Notes: a model not told the origin generated them from the sequence alone. A stretch of DNA of 64,000 nt from Bradymonadales bacterium (GCA_007693605.1 REDG01000045.1:2043-66042); one strand, 5' to 3'. Counted from the stretch's first letter, positions 42,080-52,276 are shown. Translations and numbers: made by a program.

Positions 42080-43383
42080 TTTTGAATTTTGAGCGATCTA
42101 AGATTCTCAACCAGAGGGCTCGAAAGTGTATGCCAGGCGGAGTGAGTTCACCGGTGCGAAGTTTTTCCGGTGTGGGGGGAGAGGCTTTCGTCGCGGCGAG
42201 AGCTGAAGGGCCCTTTCTGTTTGATGTAGACGGCAATCGATATATCGACTTGGTGGGTTCTTGGGGGCCCATGATTCACGGGCACAATCCTCCAGAGGTT
42301 GTTGAAGCGGTCAGGGCCGCGATCGATCGAGGCTTTAGTTATGGAGTGACTTGCGAGACTGAGATTGAACTTTGTGAGAGCATTGTAGAATCCGTGCCGA
42401 GCTGTGAGATGATCCGTCTTGTCAATTCGGGCACAGAAGCCTGTATGAGTGCACTTCGGCTGGCAAGGGCTGTTACCGACAGAGATTTGATTCTTAAGTT
42501 TGAAGGGCATTATCATGGCCACGCCGATTCTTTTTTAATCAATGCCGGCAGCGGGTTGGCCACTTTTGGAACGGCTTCTTCTGCAGGAATTCCCGAAACC
42601 CAAACGAAGTCGACTCTCACGATTCCCTTCAATTCGGTGGAGGCGGTAGAGAAGGTCTTTTCTGATTTTGGAGATCGGATTGCTGGAGTTTTTTTAGAGG
42701 TCGTCACCGGAAATATGGGTGTCGTTCGGCCAGATTTAGATTTTTTGAGTAAGTTGAGGGAGTCTTGCGATCGATATCAAAGCCTTTTGATTTTTGATGA
42801 GGTGATGACAGGATTTCGGCTGTCTTTGGCAGGCGCTCAAGGTGTTTATCCGATCAAGCCGGATCTCAGTTGTTTCGGAAAGGTGATTGGAGGGGGCTTT
42901 CCAGTGGGAGCTTACGGGGGGCGTCGAGATCTGATGGAGTGGGTGGCTCCGTTGGGTCAAATGTATCAAGCCGGAACGCTTTCAGGAAACCCGATTGGAA
43001 CCGCAGCAGGGCTGGCGAGTTTAAATCTCATTCGAAAAGATCCGAATCTCTTTTATCAGAAGCTCGATCATGCGGGCAGTGAATGGCGTTCTCGTCTGGA
43101 GGCTCATATTTCTCATCGGTCCTATCCAGTTTGCGTGGAGCAAGAAGGAAGCATGCTGAGTTTGTTTTTCTGCCCAGAAAAGCCGAGAAATTATCGGGAA
43201 GTTCAAAAAACAGATTTGAATCGTTTTAAGAAGTTCTTTTGGGCCCTCTTAGAGAAGGGAGTTTATTATCCCCCCAGCGCATTTGAGAGCTGCTTTCTTT
43301 CAAGCGCCCTAGAGACCAGTTTGATGGAGCAGGTTATGGAGGCAAGTACGGAGGCCTTAGACGAGTGTTTTGAGGCCACCTAG
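42076..43383 (+). CDS. hemL: Glutamate-1-semialdehyde 2,1-aminomutase
   Basis: MPGGVSSPVRSF, FDEVMTGFR, GKVIGGG, YQAGTLSGNP. Confidence 0.96.
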   Translation: MILNFERSKILNQRARKCMPGGVSSPVRSFSGVGGEAFVAARAEGPFLFDVDGNRYIDLVGSWGPMIHGHNPPEVVEAVRAAIDRGFSYGVTCETEIELCESIVESVPSCEMIRLVNSGTEACMSALRLARAVTDRDLILKFEGHYHGHADSFLINAGSGLATFGTASSAGIPETQTKSTLTIPFNSVEAVEKVFSDFGDRIAGVFLEVVTGNMGVVRPDLDFLSKLRESCDRYQSLLIFDEVMTGFRLSLAGAQGVYPIKPDLSCFGKVIGGGFPVGAYGGRRDLMEWVAPLGQMYQAGTLSGNPIGTAAGLASLNLIRKDPNLFYQKLDHAGSEWRSRLEAHISHRSYPVCVEQEGSMLSLFFCPEKPRNYREVQKTDLNRFKKFFWALLEKGVYYPPSAFESCFLSSALETSLMEQVMEASTEALDECFEAT

Positions 43384-43441
43384 AGGCACAGGGGACTATG
43401 CCGAAAATGCAGCGCTAGTCTCAGAAGGTGAGGAAGTAAGA

Positions 43442-43672
43442 ATGTCTCCTAACAATCCCAACTATGGAAAAAAGCTATTCGTGCTGGCGATTGGAGGCTC
43501 TCAGTTTGGAATCGTCGTGGTGGCGGGCATTTTGCTGGGCCTCTGGCTAGACCGAAAATTCGGGACGACACCCTGGTTTGCCTTGTTCGGCCTCTTGGCC
43601 GGTGTCGCTTCTGCCACTAGCCTCTTGATTCGTATCGCCCGTTTAGTAAAAAAGGGGCCAGACGATGTTTAA
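43442..43672 (+). CDS. AtpZ/AtpI family protein
   Basis: GLWLDRKFGTTPW motif, two TMs, upstream of atpB. Confidence 0.85.
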   Translation: MSPNNPNYGKKLFVLAIGGSQFGIVVVAGILLGLWLDRKFGTTPWFALFGLLAGVASATSLLIRIARLVKKGPDDV

Positions 43673-44027
43673 ACAAAGCTTAGTTTTCATGGGCCTGGGC
43701 TATCTTATTGGATTGATAGGCTTTTATCTGAGCGAGGGGGGAGTGGCCGCCATTTGGTTTAGTTTGGGAGCGGCGATTTCCGCCTTCAACTTTGTTTTGG
43801 GCGTTTATTTGGTGAGAACGGGCTTTGATCGAATTTCTTCGAAACCTATGCTTTTGGGGCTGATCTTTCTTAAGAGTCTCGCCTTTCTCGCTCTTGTGGG
43901 GGCAGTGCTGGTGGTCGCCAAACCCCAATTTTTAGCCTTTACCTTAGGAATTGGCCTGGTTATTTTCGGTCTAACTTTGTGGGCCCTGAACGAGGGCCGA
44001 AAAATCATAACAAGAAAACTGAGCTAG
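43665..44027 (+). CDS. atpI: ATP synthase I-like four-TM protein
   Basis: Four TMs, directly upstream of atpB. Confidence 0.7.
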   Translation: MFKQSLVFMGLGYLIGLIGFYLSEGGVAAIWFSLGAAISAFNFVLGVYLVRTGFDRISSKPMLLGLIFLKSLAFLALVGAVLVVAKPQFLAFTLGIGLVIFGLTLWALNEGRKIITRKLS

Positions 44028-44034
44028 AGGTCGA

Positions 44035-44757
44035 ATGGCTGCGGGACGAAATATTTACGAGACGATAGGAATTGAAAGCCCCTATACCTATTTTTCGGGC
44101 GCGGTCCTATCGGGTCTTCTTTTGATTGGCCTTGGATTCTTTGTCAGAAGGAAGTTGTCAAAGGCGGAAGTCTTGCCGGAAGACGGCTTTACACTTTTCA
44201 ATGCGGGCGTAGAACTCGTCAGAGTTTCTCGGAACTTTGTATGGGATTTGATCGGTCCGGGCGCTGAGAAGTATCTGCCGATTGTTTTGACGGCCTTTTT
44301 GTTGATTCTGTTTAATAATCTCTCAGGATTTATTCCGGGCTTTTTGTCAGCCTCTGAGCATCTCAGTCTAAACCTTGGAATGGCGGCCTTTGTTTTCTTA
44401 TCATATCAGTTCTTGGGCTTTAAAGAGCATGGCTTTGGCTATCTAAAGCAGTTTACGGGCGGTCTTCCAGTGCCTGGCTATGGTTTGGCCATCACTCTTT
44501 TGCTCTCAGTCATTGCCATCGTGGTTTTTGCGGTGGAATTGGTGGGCCATGTGGTTAGGCCGGGCTCCTTAAGCATTCGTCTTTTTGGCGCGATCTTTGG
44601 AGATCACAAGGTTTTGGAAAGCGTTTCAGAGCTAGTGCCTCTGTTTGTACCAATTGTCGCGATGGCTCTTGGGCTTATGGTTTCTTTGATTCAAGCTTTT
44701 GTTTTTTCGGTGCTGTCAGTGGTTTACATTAAGTTGGCAGTGTCACATGATCATTAA
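44035..44757 (+). CDS. atpB: ATP synthase Fo subunit a
   Basis: RPGSLSIRLFG with essential Arg, IQAFVF..LS..YI. Confidence 0.93.
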   Translation: MAAGRNIYETIGIESPYTYFSGAVLSGLLLIGLGFFVRRKLSKAEVLPEDGFTLFNAGVELVRVSRNFVWDLIGPGAEKYLPIVLTAFLLILFNNLSGFIPGFLSASEHLSLNLGMAAFVFLSYQFLGFKEHGFGYLKQFTGGLPVPGYGLAITLLLSVIAIVVFAVELVGHVVRPGSLSIRLFGAIFGDHKVLESVSELVPLFVPIVAMALGLMVSLIQAFVFSVLSVVYIKLAVSHDH

Positions 44758-44791
44758 AAACCAGAACCTGATGAGAGGAGTAAATTTAAAA

Positions 44792-45139
44792 ATGAAAACT
44801 ATTTTCCGATTTTCCTACGCACTGGGAGTGTTTAGCCTGATGGGTGCAGGACTTTTGTTTGCTGAAGAAGCTGCTGCCACGGACTTGTCCGATAACGCCG
44901 CCTCCGTCTTAAAATGGTTGGCGATCAGTATGGGCTTTGGTTTGGGAATTGCCGCAGCCGGTTGCGGGCTTGGCCAAGGAAAAGTCGTGGCCGCTGCCAT
45001 GGAGGGAATCTCAAGAAATCCTCAGGGCGCCAAAGATATGTTTGTTCCCCTGATTCTTGGATTGGCCTTTATCGAGCTCCTAGTTCTTTTGACCTTTGTG
45101 TTTGTATTTATCTTTAACGCTGCCTTCAGCATCGCATAA
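44792..45139 (+). CDS. atpE: ATP synthase Fo subunit c with N-terminal signal-like extension
   Basis: GCGLGQG, RNP loop, FIE carboxylate; GAGGAG SD. Confidence 0.93.
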   Translation: MKTIFRFSYALGVFSLMGAGLLFAEEAAATDLSDNAASVLKWLAISMGFGLGIAAAGCGLGQGKVVAAAMEGISRNPQGAKDMFVPLILGLAFIELLVLLTFVFVFIFNAAFSIA

Positions 45140-45174
45140 GTTCAAAATCTCCTTGAGAGAAATTAAATGAGTAG

Positions 45175-45203
45175 AAACAGCCCCAGAAATCTGGGGCTGT
45201 TTT
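45175..45203. terminator. Bidirectional intrinsic terminator
   Basis: AAACAGCCCCAGA-AA-TCTGGGGCTGTTT between convergent genes. Confidence 0.85.
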
Positions 45204-45900
45204 AGTTGAGAGTCAAATTTCTCTGCACGCGATAGATAGAAATTCTTTGACCTCCAGCTGAGCGAGCCTGGGCCAGCTCTTGGCTTCTACGCCTCTCTAG
45301 CTCGACCAGCAGATTTCCGGCCTGTAGACTCAAAAGATCTGAAACTTCAATTTGTAGGGAGCTTTCGCCCTGCTGGTTAAAGATCCGATTCACAGATTTT
45401 CCGCTTTGGTCTCTGAGCAAGATGCGAATCTGTTCGTTCTCTTGAATAGCGGGGCCGAGCCAGACGAGATTCCAAGTCTCCGATCGAGAGATTTCTTCAA
45501 GATCTGCAGGAAAATCAATAGAAGTCAGAGTGAGGCTATTTGAAAAGCTCTGTCCGTCGTTTGCGAGATAGCTGAAACTATGACTTAAGATCTCTGAAGG
45601 ACTTATGGCCTCATAAATAGCAGCACCGCTTAAGAATTTTAACTTGAGCTTAAGGCTATCATGACTCACTTCACTGGGACTTTCGAGCTCAACAGAGGCC
45701 CCTGACAAATCAAGCACACGAAACTCAGCTTGCACGACAGTTTCGTTGTGGCTCGCATTGTAGGAGACCGTATATCGTTGATAGACATCTTCCGCTTCAA
45801 CAAGAGAAGACAAAACAATTTGGTCTGAGCCACAGGCTGCTAGAAGAACTGAACAAATCAGTCCAAACGCCCGACCTTTACATATAGCATCGACTCTCAT
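45202..45900 (-). CDS. Hypothetical lipoprotein
   Basis: Lipobox LAAC; beta-rich mature part. Confidence 0.7.
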   Translation of the reverse strand: MRVDAICKGRAFGLICSVLLAACGSDQIVLSSLVEAEDVYQRYTVSYNASHNETVVQAEFRVLDLSGASVELESPSEVSHDSLKLKLKFLSGAAIYEAISPSEILSHSFSYLANDGQSFSNSLTLTSIDFPADLEEISRSETWNLVWLGPAIQENEQIRILLRDQSGKSVNRIFNQQGESSLQIEVSDLLSLQAGNLLVELERRRSQELAQARSAGGQRISIYRVQRNLTLN

Positions 45901-45913
45901 CTCAATCCCAAAC

Positions 45914-48409
45914 TTAAAGATACTTTTGAAGGTATTTACCTGTCATGGACTTTTTTTGATTCACGATTTCTTCTGGCCTTCCCGAAGCAAGAATTTCTCC
46001 TCCCTTTCGACCGCCCCCCGGTCCAAGATCGATAATATAATCTGCTGACTTAATCACATCGAGATGATGCTCGATCATCAGTACCGAGTCGCCTCGATCT
46101 ACAAGACTTTGGCAGATCTTCAGGAGTTGTCTGATATCTGAGAGATGAAGTCCCGTTGTGGGTTCATCCAGAATATAAAGAGACTGGCCACCTGCCCTTT
46201 TGACCAATTCCTTTGCTAGTTTGACTCGTTGGGCCTCTCCGCCAGAGAGAGTGGTCGCAGACTGGCCCAATTTAATATAAGCAAGCCCAACCCCTAGCAT
46301 CACCTGAATTCGTTTCTGAATTTGGGGGTAGGCTTCGAAAAAATGGAAGGCCTCTTCAAACGACATTTCGAGCACATCAAATATGTTTTTGTTCTTGTAG
46401 CGAACCTCAAGGGTTTGTGAATTGTAGCGCCTACCAAAGCAGGTTTCGCACTCTACGCGGACCCCGGGCAAAAAATGCATTTCGAGTTTGATTTCTCCAG
46501 CCCCCTGACAAGACTCGCAACGGCCTCCCTTGGTGTTGAAACTAAAGCGAGTGGCCCGATAAGCCCGCTGTCTTGCCATGGGGACTTTCGAAAAAATCTC
46601 TCGAATCAGCGAGAACAGACCAATATAGGTCGCTGGGTTGCTCCTTGGTGTTCGTCCGATGGGAGACTGAGTCACTCGAATGACTTTTTCGATTTTCTCT
46701 GCGCCCAGAACTTTATCGCAGCCAAAAGCCTTTTTCCTCCGAAGACTCTCCGACAAAACTTCCATAATCAGACTCGACTTGCCACTTCCCGAAACTCCTG
46801 TGACCACACTGAAGCAGCCCAGTGGAATTTTGCAGTCGATGGACTTAAGATTGTGGTGTTTGGCGCCTCTAATCTCTAGCCAGCCTTGTTTGGGCTCTCG
46901 TCGGGTCTCTGGGAGCTCAATTCTCTCTCGTCCGAGTATAAAATCGGCTGTTAGTCCCTTTTTGAGCAGGCGAGGCGGGCCCTCGGCCATCAGCTGACCG
47001 CCGTGTTCGCCGGCACCTGGCCCTAAATCGATCACAAAGTCCGCTTCTAGAATGGTGTCGAGATCGTGTTCCACCACAATCACCGTATTGCCAGCGTCTC
47101 GAAGGCCTTTCAGTGATTGAATCAGACGGTCGTTGTCCACCTGATGAAGGCCGATGCTGGGCTCATCCAGAATATACAGAACGCCTGTGAGCTGAACTCC
47201 CAACTGGGTTGCCAGTCGAACTCGCTGCTCTTCGCCTCCACTCAGAGAAGAAGATAGCCGATCCAATTGGAGATAATCTAAGCCGACAAGGCTTAAAAAC
47301 TTTAGTCGACTGACGATTTCCTTCAGGATTTTTTCTGCGATCACTTTCGAGTTTCCGTCTAGCTGAAGAGAATCAAAAAAATGAATGGCGTCATCCGGAG
47401 TCATTCGAGAGATGTCTGAAATCCTTTTGCCACTGATGCGAACGGATCTTGCCTCAACATTCAGTCGTGTTCCTTCACAGCTTGCACACGATGGAGCTTC
47501 ATGAAGAATCTCTTCTTCTTGATCTTCAGGCTCTGGCTCTTCGGTGAGATCGAGGCTGCCAAGCCCTCGACAATCTGAGCAAGCCCCCAATGGAGAGTTG
47601 AAGGAGAAGAGTCGAGGGCTCATCTCTGGCAAACTAAAGCCGCAATCTCCACAACTGAGACTCTGACTAAACAAGATTCGCTCCTGCTTTGGCTCAGTCA
47701 TTTCTACGACGACTCGACCTTTTCCGAGCTCAGAGGCCTTCTGAACGGCCTCTTCTAGTCGAGCCTCCTGGGCTCGATCTAAAATCAGTCGATCTACAAA
47801 AACTTCAATGTTATGGGGTTTTGACTTTTCCAGCCGTTGCCCAAGCTCAAGAGAAGCTTCTTGTCCGTCAATTCGCACCCGAACCAGGCCAGCTCGCACC
47901 AGATCATTGATTTCTTTTGCAAACTCCCCCTTCTTTCGTTGCGCAATGATCGCCATGATGCTGATTCGAGACTTCTTCGGGAGTTGATAAATCTGATCTA
48001 CGATTTGAGAGAGACTTTGATGAGAGACGGGTTGATCACAGTGAGGACACCGCGCCTCGCCCACTCGACTGTAGAGAAGTCTCAGATAGTCGTAAATCTC
48101 TGTGACCGTCCCCACGGTTGATCGCGGGTTTTTAGAGATATTCTTCTGTTGAATGGCAATCGAGGGGCAAAGTCCCTGAATGGAATCGATCTCTGGCCTT
48201 TTCATTTGATGAACAAACTGCTTCGCATAGGCAGAGAGGCTCTCTACAAACCTTCTTTGACCCTCAGCGAACAGGCTGTCAAAAGCGAGGCTCGACTTAC
48301 CACTTCCACTCGGTCCAGTGATGACGATGAATTTTTTCTTGGGAATCTTAAGGCTAAGATTTTTTAGGTTATTCTCTCTCGCCCCTTCGATTTGAATAAA
48401 ATCACGAAT
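45914..48409 (-). CDS. uvrA: Excinuclease ABC subunit A lacking the insertion domain
   Basis: GARENNLKN, two Walker A motifs (GPSGSGKSS, GVSGSGKSS), LSGGE twice; start ATT 48409 or ATG 48484. Confidence 0.95.
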   Translation of the reverse strand: MRDFIQIEGARENNLKNLSLKIPKKKFIVITGPSGSGKSSLAFDSLFAEGQRRFVESLSAYAKQFVHQMKRPEIDSIQGLCPSIAIQQKNISKNPRSTVGTVTEIYDYLRLLYSRVGEARCPHCDQPVSHQSLSQIVDQIYQLPKKSRISIMAIIAQRKKGEFAKEINDLVRAGLVRVRIDGQEASLELGQRLEKSKPHNIEVFVDRLILDRAQEARLEEAVQKASELGKGRVVVEMTEPKQERILFSQSLSCGDCGFSLPEMSPRLFSFNSPLGACSDCRGLGSLDLTEEPEPEDQEEEILHEAPSCASCEGTRLNVEARSVRISGKRISDISRMTPDDAIHFFDSLQLDGNSKVIAEKILKEIVSRLKFLSLVGLDYLQLDRLSSSLSGGEEQRVRLATQLGVQLTGVLYILDEPSIGLHQVDNDRLIQSLKGLRDAGNTVIVVEHDLDTILEADFVIDLGPGAGEHGGQLMAEGPPRLLKKGLTADFILGRERIELPETRREPKQGWLEIRGAKHHNLKSIDCKIPLGCFSVVTGVSGSGKSSLIMEVLSESLRRKKAFGCDKVLGAEKIEKVIRVTQSPIGRTPRSNPATYIGLFSLIREIFSKVPMARQRAYRATRFSFNTKGGRCESCQGAGEIKLEMHFLPGVRVECETCFGRRYNSQTLEVRYKNKNIFDVLEMSFEEAFHFFEAYPQIQKRIQVMLGVGLAYIKLGQSATTLSGGEAQRVKLAKELVKRAGGQSLYILDEPTTGLHLSDIRQLLKICQSLVDRGDSVLMIEHHLDVIKSADYIIDLGPGGGRKGGEILASGRPEEIVNQKKSMTGKYLQKYL

Positions 48410-49367
48410 GAGGCGGCGAGCTTCTCTCTGCCCAACGGAGGGCGGCTTCGAGAGAGAGGTAGTAGCTTTTGCTTGAGGCTTCATTCTTCCCAACCAAACC
48501 AAAGGCTGTTCCGTGGTCTACAGACAGTCTTAAAAAAGGGAGCCCTAAACTTATATTGATTGCATCAAAGAATCCATGCGTTTTTATCGGGATAAGCCCC
48601 TGATCGTGATACATGGCCAGTATTCCGTCATAGGCCTCTGCTTTGGCAAACAAACTATCCGCAGGAAAAGGCCCCTCGCAGTGAATGCCTAAATCTTGAA
48701 GCCGCTTGATCGCGGGGGCAATGATCTCGTTTTCTTCTGTGCCGATCAAGCCGTGATCAGAGGCGTGTGGGTTCAGGCCACAAACGGCGATCAGGGGCTT
48801 CTCGATTTGAAGGGCCTTCAGATAATCATGAAGGTGCCTGGCGGCTCGTTCAATCCGTTCCGGTCGGATGGCATCGGGAACCTCTCGAAGCGGAAGATGG
48901 GTGGTAACAAGTGCCACTTTAAACCGGCTGCTTTCCAACAACATGCAAACCGAGTTTGAGTTGGATTCTCGCATTAGAAATTCGGTCTGGCCCCTAAAGT
49001 TCGATTCCACCTGCGCGCACAAAGACTTGTCAACGGGGCCCGTAATCAAGCAAGGAATGCGCTCTCGCAGGCAAGTTTGGGTGGCCCCCCTCAGATCGAG
49101 AAGGGCTCTTCTGGCAGAATCAGGAGTACCCCGTCCGGGTTGAAAGCCTGAAAAATCAGGCTCAGCGTCGATCAAATTTAACTGAGTATTCTGCTTTAAG
49201 AATTTTAGTTCTTTTGAAAATCTCTCTTCAAGAAATCGACTCGGCCCAAACAGTCGAAGTTCTAGGCTAGGATGTTTTGTTAAAAATTCCTTTAATGCAG
49301 CGATGCAAACCTCGGGGCCGATGCTCGCTGGATCTCCACATGTGGCTGATAGAATCAGATTCCGCAC
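48402..49367 (-). CDS. pdxA: 4-hydroxythreonine-4-phosphate dehydrogenase
   Basis: GDPASIGPE, TTHLPL, GLNPHA, AMYHDQGL, SVDHGTAF. Confidence 0.93.
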   Translation of the reverse strand: MRNLILSATCGDPASIGPEVCIAALKEFLTKHPSLELRLFGPSRFLEERFSKELKFLKQNTQLNLIDAEPDFSGFQPGRGTPDSARRALLDLRGATQTCLRERIPCLITGPVDKSLCAQVESNFRGQTEFLMRESNSNSVCMLLESSRFKVALVTTHLPLREVPDAIRPERIERAARHLHDYLKALQIEKPLIAVCGLNPHASDHGLIGTEENEIIAPAIKRLQDLGIHCEGPFPADSLFAKAEAYDGILAMYHDQGLIPIKTHGFFDAINISLGLPFLRLSVDHGTAFGLVGKNEASSKSYYLSLEAALRWAERSSPPHS

Positions 49368-49371
49368 TTAC

Positions 49372-50313
49372 TCAAGACCCAGAGCCGAGGCTCACTGTGA
49401 TGTCTAAGTTGCTGCGAGCCCTTTGAATTCCGTTCTCGAAGGCCCTTTGGAACCTCTCGGCACGAAGTCTTTGCGCGATAAGCTCTTGCACGGCTTCAAA
49501 ACTCTGAGGGCCCAAATCTTCTCGCTCCAAAATTCTAAACAGTCGAACCATCCCAGGTTCTTCGATTGATACAACTTCTTGTGAATGATCTGAGAATAGG
49601 GCGGTCTGAAGTTGAGGGATGACGGAGTGTTTCTCTAAGCCTCTTAGAATTCCTCCAAATTGAGCACTTGGACTTTGACTATAGTTTTGAACGCATTCAT
49701 TAAACTGTGTGGGATTTCTCGTGAAGCGGTTGACAAGTGCTTCAACAGTCGTCCGATCTTCTTGGTAAACTAAAAGACACTCTTGCACGGACAATCGAAT
49801 ATTCGAGCTGAATTCGTCTCGATTCTGTGTAAAGTAGTTTCGAAGCTCTTCTTCGGTAGGATCACTGCGATTCAGTTGACCCTCTTGTTCAAGCACAGAA
49901 GTGAACCTCTCCATTTCAAGTTGTCTTCGAATGTCTTGACGAATTCTGTTTAGGCTGAAGCCCTGAGATGTCAAAATCTGATCGAATTCATCTACAGATG
50001 AAATCCCTTGCCGATTGATGATCTCATGAATTCTTCGCTCTACTTCTTGGTCGGTGACTCGAAGTCCTCGATCGCTGAGTGCGATCTGAAGGATTTTTTC
50101 ATCGATCAAGTCTTCCCGGATCTCGCGCACGACATCCTGTCTGTTTGCTTCGCTGTTGTCGATCAGCCCTTGTGCGACCATGCTTTGAATTCGACTTTCA
50201 ATTTCATAGGTGGTGATGATTTCATTGCCCACCTTCACCTCGATTCGTTCCGAAAAAAGGCTGGCTCCAGAAGTGCTTAGTGGAAGAAGAAAGCTGGCGA
50301 TCAAAAAGAACAT
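49372..50313 (-). CDS. SurA-like periplasmic chaperone/PPIase
   Basis: KVGNEIIT SurA N-domain, YSQSPSAQFGG; upstream of pdxA. Confidence 0.8.
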   Translation of the reverse strand: MFFLIASFLLPLSTSGASLFSERIEVKVGNEIITTYEIESRIQSMVAQGLIDNSEANRQDVVREIREDLIDEKILQIALSDRGLRVTDQEVERRIHEIINRQGISSVDEFDQILTSQGFSLNRIRQDIRRQLEMERFTSVLEQEGQLNRSDPTEEELRNYFTQNRDEFSSNIRLSVQECLLVYQEDRTTVEALVNRFTRNPTQFNECVQNYSQSPSAQFGGILRGLEKHSVIPQLQTALFSDHSQEVVSIEEPGMVRLFRILEREDLGPQSFEAVQELIAQRLRAERFQRAFENGIQRARSNLDITVSLGSGS

Positions 50314-50385
50314 AGGACCTCTCTATAGCAAATTTTGAAGGATTTGAGCAGGGGCCAGGCAATAGGCCCTAAATACTTGATTTTA

Positions 50386-51339
50386 TTAAAGAGTTTCAAT
50401 CAGCTTCCGATTGTACTCGATCTCTGCCGCTCGAATCAAAGATTCTTCGAATCGTTGTAAGCGGGCGCGACGCCGCTCCTCCACTAGTTTTTCTAGAATT
50501 TGGGCCTGAACCTGATTGAAATCTAGGTTGACCGAAGGCCTTCGTTCCAGCACTCGAAGAATGTGAAAGCCAAAAGGCGTTTCAACGACCGGACTGATCT
50601 GATTTAGGGGGTGTGAACGAAGAATCTCATCAAAGTCTTCTGGCATGATCCCCATCTCTAGACGAATTCGAGCGTCTTCGGTGGCTTCTGGTCCAATGCT
50701 GTGCCGTCGAGCCAGCTCTAAGAACTCTCCCCTTCTGCGAGACTTCGAGAGTTGACTATGAATTTCTTCAGCCACAGAGCGATCTCCTACGACAATATGC
50801 TCGGCCACCGCCTCGGCGGCCCGTCGAAACTCATTAGGGTGATCTTGATAGTATTGAAGGGCTTCTTCTAAAGAAGGCTTTGGAATCGCAGCCTCCGCCA
50901 CATCAATCTCAAAGAGTTTTTCAATGAGTAAATTTTGTCGGACCAGTTCGAGCCATTCGACTTCGTCCACCATTCCCTCGAACAAGGCTTCTTGAAAGAG
51001 TTGTTCGGGATAGCCGGCTTTAAATCGCTCAGCCCCCTCTCTTACCTCTCGATCTGACACCTCGATGCCCCTCTCAATGGCATTGCTCAGAACCACCGAT
51101 CGTCGAACCAATGTCTGAACCACTAAATTCCTGATTTTCAATCGCTCTTGTCCCTGCAGAGAAACATCCTTTGGCTTCATGCTGTCATAGAGGTTCCAAT
51201 AGTCTCGAAGACTGATCTCAAGTCCATTTACTCGAGCAATGGGATCCTCGGGACCCGGCACGGTTTGACAGCTCGCCAATCCGACGAAAAACGCGAAAAG
51301 AAGAAAATGAAATTTACCGGTTGGACCACTAGTCTTCAT
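50386..51339 (-). CDS. Parvulin-type PPIase lipoprotein
   Basis: Lipobox LASC, ARVNG, HIVV, SPVVETPFGFHI. Confidence 0.85.
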   Translation of the reverse strand: MKTSGPTGKFHFLLFAFFVGLASCQTVPGPEDPIARVNGLEISLRDYWNLYDSMKPKDVSLQGQERLKIRNLVVQTLVRRSVVLSNAIERGIEVSDREVREGAERFKAGYPEQLFQEALFEGMVDEVEWLELVRQNLLIEKLFEIDVAEAAIPKPSLEEALQYYQDHPNEFRRAAEAVAEHIVVGDRSVAEEIHSQLSKSRRRGEFLELARRHSIGPEATEDARIRLEMGIMPEDFDEILRSHPLNQISPVVETPFGFHILRVLERRPSVNLDFNQVQAQILEKLVEERRRARLQRFEESLIRAAEIEYNRKLIETL

Positions 51340-52276
51340 GGGACGATCTTCTCTCATCGAAGTCTTCTGGCAGCACAAGCTCAGGGTCTTGCCGCATTTC
51401 TTCTGGTAACTCCAAAAGTTCTAGGATCTCTTTTTCAAAGATTCTGATCTCTCGGCCTTGCCTTGCATCCGACAAGATTTGATTTAACCTCTGAGATTTG
51501 GTTCGGCGAGTTAGTTCCCGACGAATGGCATCTTCATGAAACTCCAAACCTCTTCGGTCGCCAGAAAGCTGAATGATGTGGTAGCCAAACTCTGTTTGCA
51601 CCACTTCTGACACATCCCCTATCTCTTTCAAGGCAAAGGCCGCCCTCGCAAAGGGGGCGACCATCGTGGCACGAACAAAAAAACCAAGCTCTCCACCTCC
51701 CCGCGCCGTCGCGTCTTGAGAGTATTGCCTTGCCAATTCCTGAAAGCGTTCGGGTGCATTTCTTGCGATTTCTCTCCAGCCCTCTAGGCGACGAATCATT
51801 TCAAGCCTTTCCTCTCTCGTCGTCTGAGGCGTCACTCTCAAAAGAATATGTCGAGCTGAAATCTCGTCGTATTTGTCTCGGTTTTCTCGATAGTGTCGAT
51901 CAATCATGTACTCGTCAATTCGTGCCGCCTCTTTCTCTTCTAGACTCTCAATAAAGCTGTCCACCAGCTTCGATTTAAATCGAAAGCTCTCATCAAAACC
52001 CTGTTCGAGGGCGACTTCATACAAAAGTTGAACATTAATCAGCTGCTCAAGTAGTTCCTTCTTTTGCTGGAAAGTCTGAATCACTTTAGGCGTTTTCGCC
52101 TCAATCTCTTCGACCAGCTGCTGCAAGTCGCTTTCTGTTACTTCGAACTCATCAAGCTTTGCGAGGACCGTCCCGCTTGGGCGCACCGGCGCTGGTGGGG
52201 GCTGAGTTTGGCAGGCACCCACAATTAGAAGGGACAATAACAGGAGGCCAAAATTTCTCACGGCCTCATTATGCAA
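51329..52276 (-). CDS. Parvulin-type PPIase lipoprotein
   Basis: Lipobox VGAC, ARHILL, GGELGFF, MVAPF, TEFGYHII. Confidence 0.88.
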   Translation of the reverse strand: MHNEAVRNFGLLLLSLLIVGACQTQPPPAPVRPSGTVLAKLDEFEVTESDLQQLVEEIEAKTPKVIQTFQQKKELLEQLINVQLLYEVALEQGFDESFRFKSKLVDSFIESLEEKEAARIDEYMIDRHYRENRDKYDEISARHILLRVTPQTTREERLEMIRRLEGWREIARNAPERFQELARQYSQDATARGGGELGFFVRATMVAPFARAAFALKEIGDVSEVVQTEFGYHIIQLSGDRRGLEFHEDAIRRELTRRTKSQRLNQILSDARQGREIRIFEKEILELLELPEEMRQDPELVLPEDFDERRSSHED

